DNA of 64,000 bases from Sphyrna mokarran. Lineage: Eukaryota. Numbering within the stretch: the first letter of the stretch is position 1; each line of letters opens with the position of its first letter. The DNA lies in NCBI GenBank assembly GCA_024679065.1, contig JAGIQG010000002.1:64170001-64234000 (forward strand). The letters are read 5' to 3'. The notes under the pieces are model-generated. The model had not been told where the DNA came from and did no database searches. It saw only the letters and a list, made by a program, of their open reading frames with translations. Both the position numbers and the translations under genes were made by a program. Below, in pieces: positions 55,201 to 61,200 of this stretch.

Positions 55201-58200
55201 GAACAGAAAACTTGGAACTCAGCCAAATCTCTGTTCATTGCATGGGACTGGAGGATCCCAGCCAGAGACGAGGTTGGAGAATTCAGGCCAATATTTGCAT
55301 AATTAGGCAGACATATTAACATGGAGCAGAAAATAAAAGAACTCTTGAGAGACAATGGTTCCCAAAGGGAAGGTGTTTTCAGAAGTGGTGGATGAGAGTA
55401 ACTTGGAGCACAGAAAGAATTGCAGAGAGCAGAGGAAAAGTCCAAAACCTGGTTATAGTGATTGAAAGGATTAGGAGATGAAAAACTATCCAGTGACAAC
55501 AAGTATCAATCCACAAAACTGTTGTTCGATAAGATCAAGTAACTAGCTTCAGCATGAATATCTGTGTTGCTAAATTGCTTCACAATGATTTCAGTTTAAT
55601 AAGCATTAATCCCTTATATTCCTTACAGTCTTCATTTGCATCAAATATTTAGCAGGTCATTGCAGTTACTTTTTTGCGCCAAAAATTTTCAAATTACAAT
55701 ATCCCAAAACCATAGAACTCAAAATCTATCATTTTATATATTCCATGGTTTTTATTGTCAGAATTTCAGATTTTAAGAGTTTCTTACCTGTTCCATCTCC
55801 CTCAAAAAGAGTGACAATATATGCTCCCTGGCTAAATGCAGTCGGACACAGGAGGCACTAGAGAGGATATAGATTTTAACAACAATAAGTAAGAGTTTAA
55901 AATGTTAAAATGATATAACTCATTTACACATTGGAGGGAGAATATCTGTATGTTTCTCAAGATACTAAAACTGACACTGTGCTGAATGTGGACAGAACAC
56001 TGATACAGAATTATGTAGGAATTGCAATATAGAAACAGACCACTTGGCCTAATCTGCTGATGCTGCTTCCATTTAACTATTCTGTTCTATACTCCACTGA
56101 CAGCCTATTTAACATTAATACAGTTTCCTATTCAATCCTTATGGTAGTAAAATACAGTGTCTCAAAACCCACTATGCAAAATGTTTTTAGCTGTTTTCCA
56201 GTCTTGATGCTGTAAACTGACCATTCCATTTCCTATTTCATCCCCATGCATCAGCACTTTAACAAAGCTCTTCTTGAGGATTGCTGAAAAAAGAGACAAG
56301 TCATAACTTTTCACCTTCCACTAACCAGGACACTTTGCAACAATGCCTTAGGGGAAAACAATAATGCCTTCTTTATGTGAAGAGAATGCTGATTAGTTGG
56401 CACGTGGGTTCTGATTGGGAAAGAAGTTGCCATAGAGAATTCACCAGTTGATCGTGACTAACAGTTAACTGCCAAGCAATGTTTGAAATTTAAATCAGGC
56501 TGTAGACCCTGATTCACCATAGCATTGCCCTCAGGAATGAATCAATGAATGGCTGTCACTTAACCGAAATAGGGACATATAGGATACAAGACTGGGCAGA
56601 GAAGTGGCAGATGGATTTCAACACAGATAAATGTGTAGTGATCCATTTTGGCAGGTCCAATGGAATGAAGGAGTACAATATCAAGGGTAGGACTCTTAGC
56701 AGTGTAAAGGAGCAGAAGGATCTTGGGATCTGGGTCCATAGGATTCTTAAGTCGGCCTCGCAAGTGAAGAATGTGGTCAAGAAGGAATATGGGGTACTGG
56801 CCTTCATTAATCGAGGGATTGAGTTTAGGAGTTGGGAGGTAATGCTGAGATTATAAGACCCTTGTCAGACCCGACTTGGAGTACTGTGCGCAGTTCTGGT
56901 CGCCTCACTACAAGAAGGATATGGAAATTATTGAGAGAGTGCAGAGGAGATTTACAAGGATGTTGTCTGGATTGGGGGGCATGCCTTATGAGGATAGCTT
57001 GAGGGAGCTAGGTCTCTTCTCCCTGGAGAGACGAAGGTTGAGAGGCGACCTGATAGAGGTTTATAAGATGTTGAGAGGTATCGATAGGATAGATTCTCAG
57101 AGGCTTTTTCCCAGGACTGAAATAGTCGCTACAAGAGAACACAGGTTTAATGTGCCAGGGAGTAGGTACAGAGGAGATGGCAGGGGTAAGATTTTAATTC
57201 AGAGGATGGTGAGTGAGTGGAATCGGCTGCCGTTGGTGGTAGTAGAGGTAAACTCATTGGGGTCTTTTAAGAGACTTCTGGATGAGTACATGGGATTTAA
57301 TGGGATTGAAAGTTATAGATAGGCCCAGTAGGTAGGGATATGATGGGCACAACTTGTAGGCCGAAGGGCCTGTTTGTGCTGTAGTGTTCTATGTCCTATG
57401 TTCTATTTGTGTACATGTTATTTATGTTTAATCCTATACGTAATTATAGATAATTATAGATAAAGTACACAGCCCAGTTCTGAATATATGTAGCTTCCAG
57501 AACTCGCAAATTCACCACACTGTGAACACAACTGACAATCTTAAACTGGACATTAGTGTAATTCTTAGTACACTGAGGATGATTTAACAAATGTTGTCCA
57601 ATTGTGGAATCACACCTAATGTTCAACACTGTGTTTTGAGCTCTGTACACACAAGCTGGTTTGGTATGGGCTGCACCTTGTCCATTGCAAGCTGCAGCCA
57701 GGATATATTGTTTGATATGATCAACCAGTCTTTGGGACCTAGGGCTTACACACCTAGTATCACACTCACATTCAGATTCATAAATACATTACTCATTTAT
57801 GCAATAGGCAGAATGACTTTTTAGAATGACAGTAGCATCCTGTTGGTGGTGTCCTGTTAGTGACGAATACCTTATATGATACTATTGCATGGTAGCAGCA
57901 CAAAACAGCTAACGTCACCTGTTACCCCAATCTTTGAGCTACCTTGCCTTCTAGGGAAATCTGAGGTAGAGTGGGCACTTTTCAATGTCAAAGGTGATGG
58001 CCTTAGGCTCCATGAGTTTGCATAATATATCTGATCAAGATGGCCACCACCCTGCAGCAGACCCTATTTCAGCATCAAGTTGGCAAGGTGAGTTAATGGC
58101 TTAGGCCGTATTTACATGTTTACCCATAAGACCAATCATATAGTGTGTGAAATTGTAAAAATCCCAACATATGTATTGACCACTGAATGTAGACCCTGGT

Positions 58201-61200
58201 AGAGAATCTCCTGGCAGATTTCTCAATACGTTACATCAAGATGGGGAGTTAATCTGACTGCTCCGTTTCAAAGGTGAATTTGAGTGCAGGATGCCACCCA
58301 TTAAGGCATACAAGAAAATTAGTACATGCGGCTGCAGATCAAAACATAGCCAAAATATCATCCATATCTCAAAATATGCAAGAGGTAGGAGGTTATGCAT
58401 CATTCTATCAAAGACACATCCCTCATGAAACGCACCAAAAATGCTTGTGAGAGCTGAACCTGGAGAAATCTCATGGCAATATCATCTATGCGGGCATTCA
58501 TGGTGTTTTAAAGCTGAATTCAACTGCATGAATTGTAGAGTTCATCAATTCAATGAATATCGATTCACTCAATGATGGCAAGTCTAGATCACCATGGTAA
58601 GGTGTTGCAGTGCAATTATCCATGGCTTCTTTAAGTGGAACATTGGCAAATCAGTTAGCAAAGCCAAATGGACACAGCAATGCTACCAATATGCAATTCC
58701 TGCATTGTTTTTGTAAATGTGAAGGAATCCTTCAAAGCATATGTGGAAATCTTTCTCCAAAACCTGCTCCTTTATAAGGTTGAGATGCCTGAATGACTCA
58801 TTCACAAACCTCATAAGTACATCTATGCATGGTCCTGTGACATGTTTACAACCTAATGACACTTTTAGATCTCATCTGAATGGGATATCTGCCATGGCCA
58901 TTCCACTCAATTAAAAGTACAAAACAGGAAAATCCCACAACAGGACACTGTAAATTTATCTTTGTGGGATCAGGAGAATCAAGGTACTTCTACAGAATTC
59001 CTACAGCTCAGAAGGAGGCCATTTCACCCAACAAGCCTGCACCAACCACAATCTCACCCAGGCTCAATTCCTGAAATCCCACATATTTACCTGCTAATCT
59101 GCTTGACACTAAGGTTAGTTTAGCATGGCCAATCAACCTAACCTGCACATCTTTGCACTGTGAGAAGAAACCAGAGCACCCAGAGAAAACCCACGTAGAA
59201 TGAGGAGAATGAGCAAACTCTACACAGACAGTGACCCAAGACCAGAATTGAAGCTTTGTCCCTGGTGCTGTGAGATAGCAGTGCTAAACATTATGTCACC
59301 ATGCCATCCCAGATTCCCCTCCTGCCTGCCCATCAGCAATATCACGCAAAAAAAACTCTTGCTCTTACATCCATTCCCCTTCATTCTAGACTCTTCAAAT
59401 ATTGGAAACAAATTACTTCCAGCTATCCTGTCCCATCCTTTAATAATTTTTAACACTTCTGTCACATTGTCCCATGATCTGCATATATTTCGATATTTTT
59501 CCCACGACTTTCTTTGTATTTCTAATTTTGTGAGAAGTAGCACACAGAGACATTTTTCCTTGTGATGTTAATTTTGTTTCAGTCACATGAGCAATAGCTG
59601 CAGGAATGAACCAAAGAAACACTGGATTGGAGAATAAGATACTTACAATTAGAATCTGGCTGGAGAAGCTGATTTGGTTCTGTACAGCCACAAGAACCAT
59701 ATAGGGAAAGAAGGTAATTATGTAGAGCAGGCAGGCACTGAGAGCTGCCGTATTAGCATGGCTGAAAAAGGTAGCAATCAGATAGCTCATTGAAATAACA
59801 GAAACTCCAAAATCCAACAGATAGAGGAAAATGATGAATCCATTACTGCTTGGAAGAATTTGGCTGGCTTTCAAGATAATGGTGATGAAGGCACTGCTCA
59901 GAATCAGAACAATGACGGTGTCCAGAAACCAGACCAGGAAATGAACGATTGGCTTCACTCCCAACATCTTGGTATACTGTAGAATAGAAAATGCACTGTT
60001 AGACATCTCTAAACATTTGGTTATCTCTAAACTAGATCATACAACAATGGCAAAAGAACAGCTGTTGCCCAAATTTCAATCCAACATTTGCTATGAATGA
60101 ATATTAATGAATATAATCTTTATAAGACCCTCATCAGAACCACTTGGAGTATTGTATGCAGTTCTGGTCGCCTCACTATAGGAAGGATGTGGAAGCTATT
60201 GAAAGGGTGCAGAGGAGATTAACAAGGATGTTGCCTGGATTAGGAGGCATGCCTTATGAAGATAGGTTGAGGGAGCTAGGTCTCTTCTCCCTGGAGAGAC
60301 GAAGGTTGAGAGGCGACCTGATAGAGGTTTATAAGATGTTGAGAAGAATAGATAGGATGGATTCTCGGAGGCTATTTCCCAGGGCTGAAATAGTCGCTAC
60401 GAGAGGACACAGGGGGGCAAGTACAGAGGAGATGTTAGAGATAAATTTTTCACTCAGAGGGTGGTGAGTGAATGGAATTGGTTGCCGTCAGTGGTGGTAA
60501 AGGCGAACTCGCTGGGGTCTTTTAAGAGACTTCTGGATGAGTACATGGGATTTAATAAGATTGGGAGTTACAGATAGGTCAATGGCCTGGTAAGTATAGA
60601 TATGATCGGCACAACTCGTGAGCCGAAGGGCCTGTTTGTGCTGTAGTGTTCTATGTTCTAATATTGCTGAAAAAATAGACTTTTTTGTTGATGCTTTTTG
60701 TCTTGCACTCATCAAGACACTTTACAAGAAAACCAAATGTATTATTTTCGACAAAACAAGTCTCCTTTTTTAGCAATTCTCAAGAAGGAATTAGAGAAAT
60801 ATAGCCTGGGATTTAAAGAGGAGAGAGTGATGCTGCACATCTGTTGGAAACTCAAGAATAAACCTGCTTTTACCAGCCCCGGGAGCCATGACATCATTTT
60901 GTGTGGATCAGCAAATTGATTGCCTGAGATTATGGCTTCTATTCTCTCAGGAAAAATGTCCCATCTCCAACAACTGTACAGAAGACTGGCAGTTCTGGGA
61001 GTAGTAGCAACTGTTGGAACTGCAGCCAGTATCTATTGAGCCAACAACGTAGGCTGGGGAAAACCTGATAGGTTGAATGAGTGCGCGAGAACCTGTCAGA
61101 TGGAGTATAATGTTAGCAAGTGTGAGGTTATCCACTTTGGTAAGAATAATGGTAGGAAGGATTACTATTTAAAAGGCGAAAAGCTGCAGCATGCGACGGT

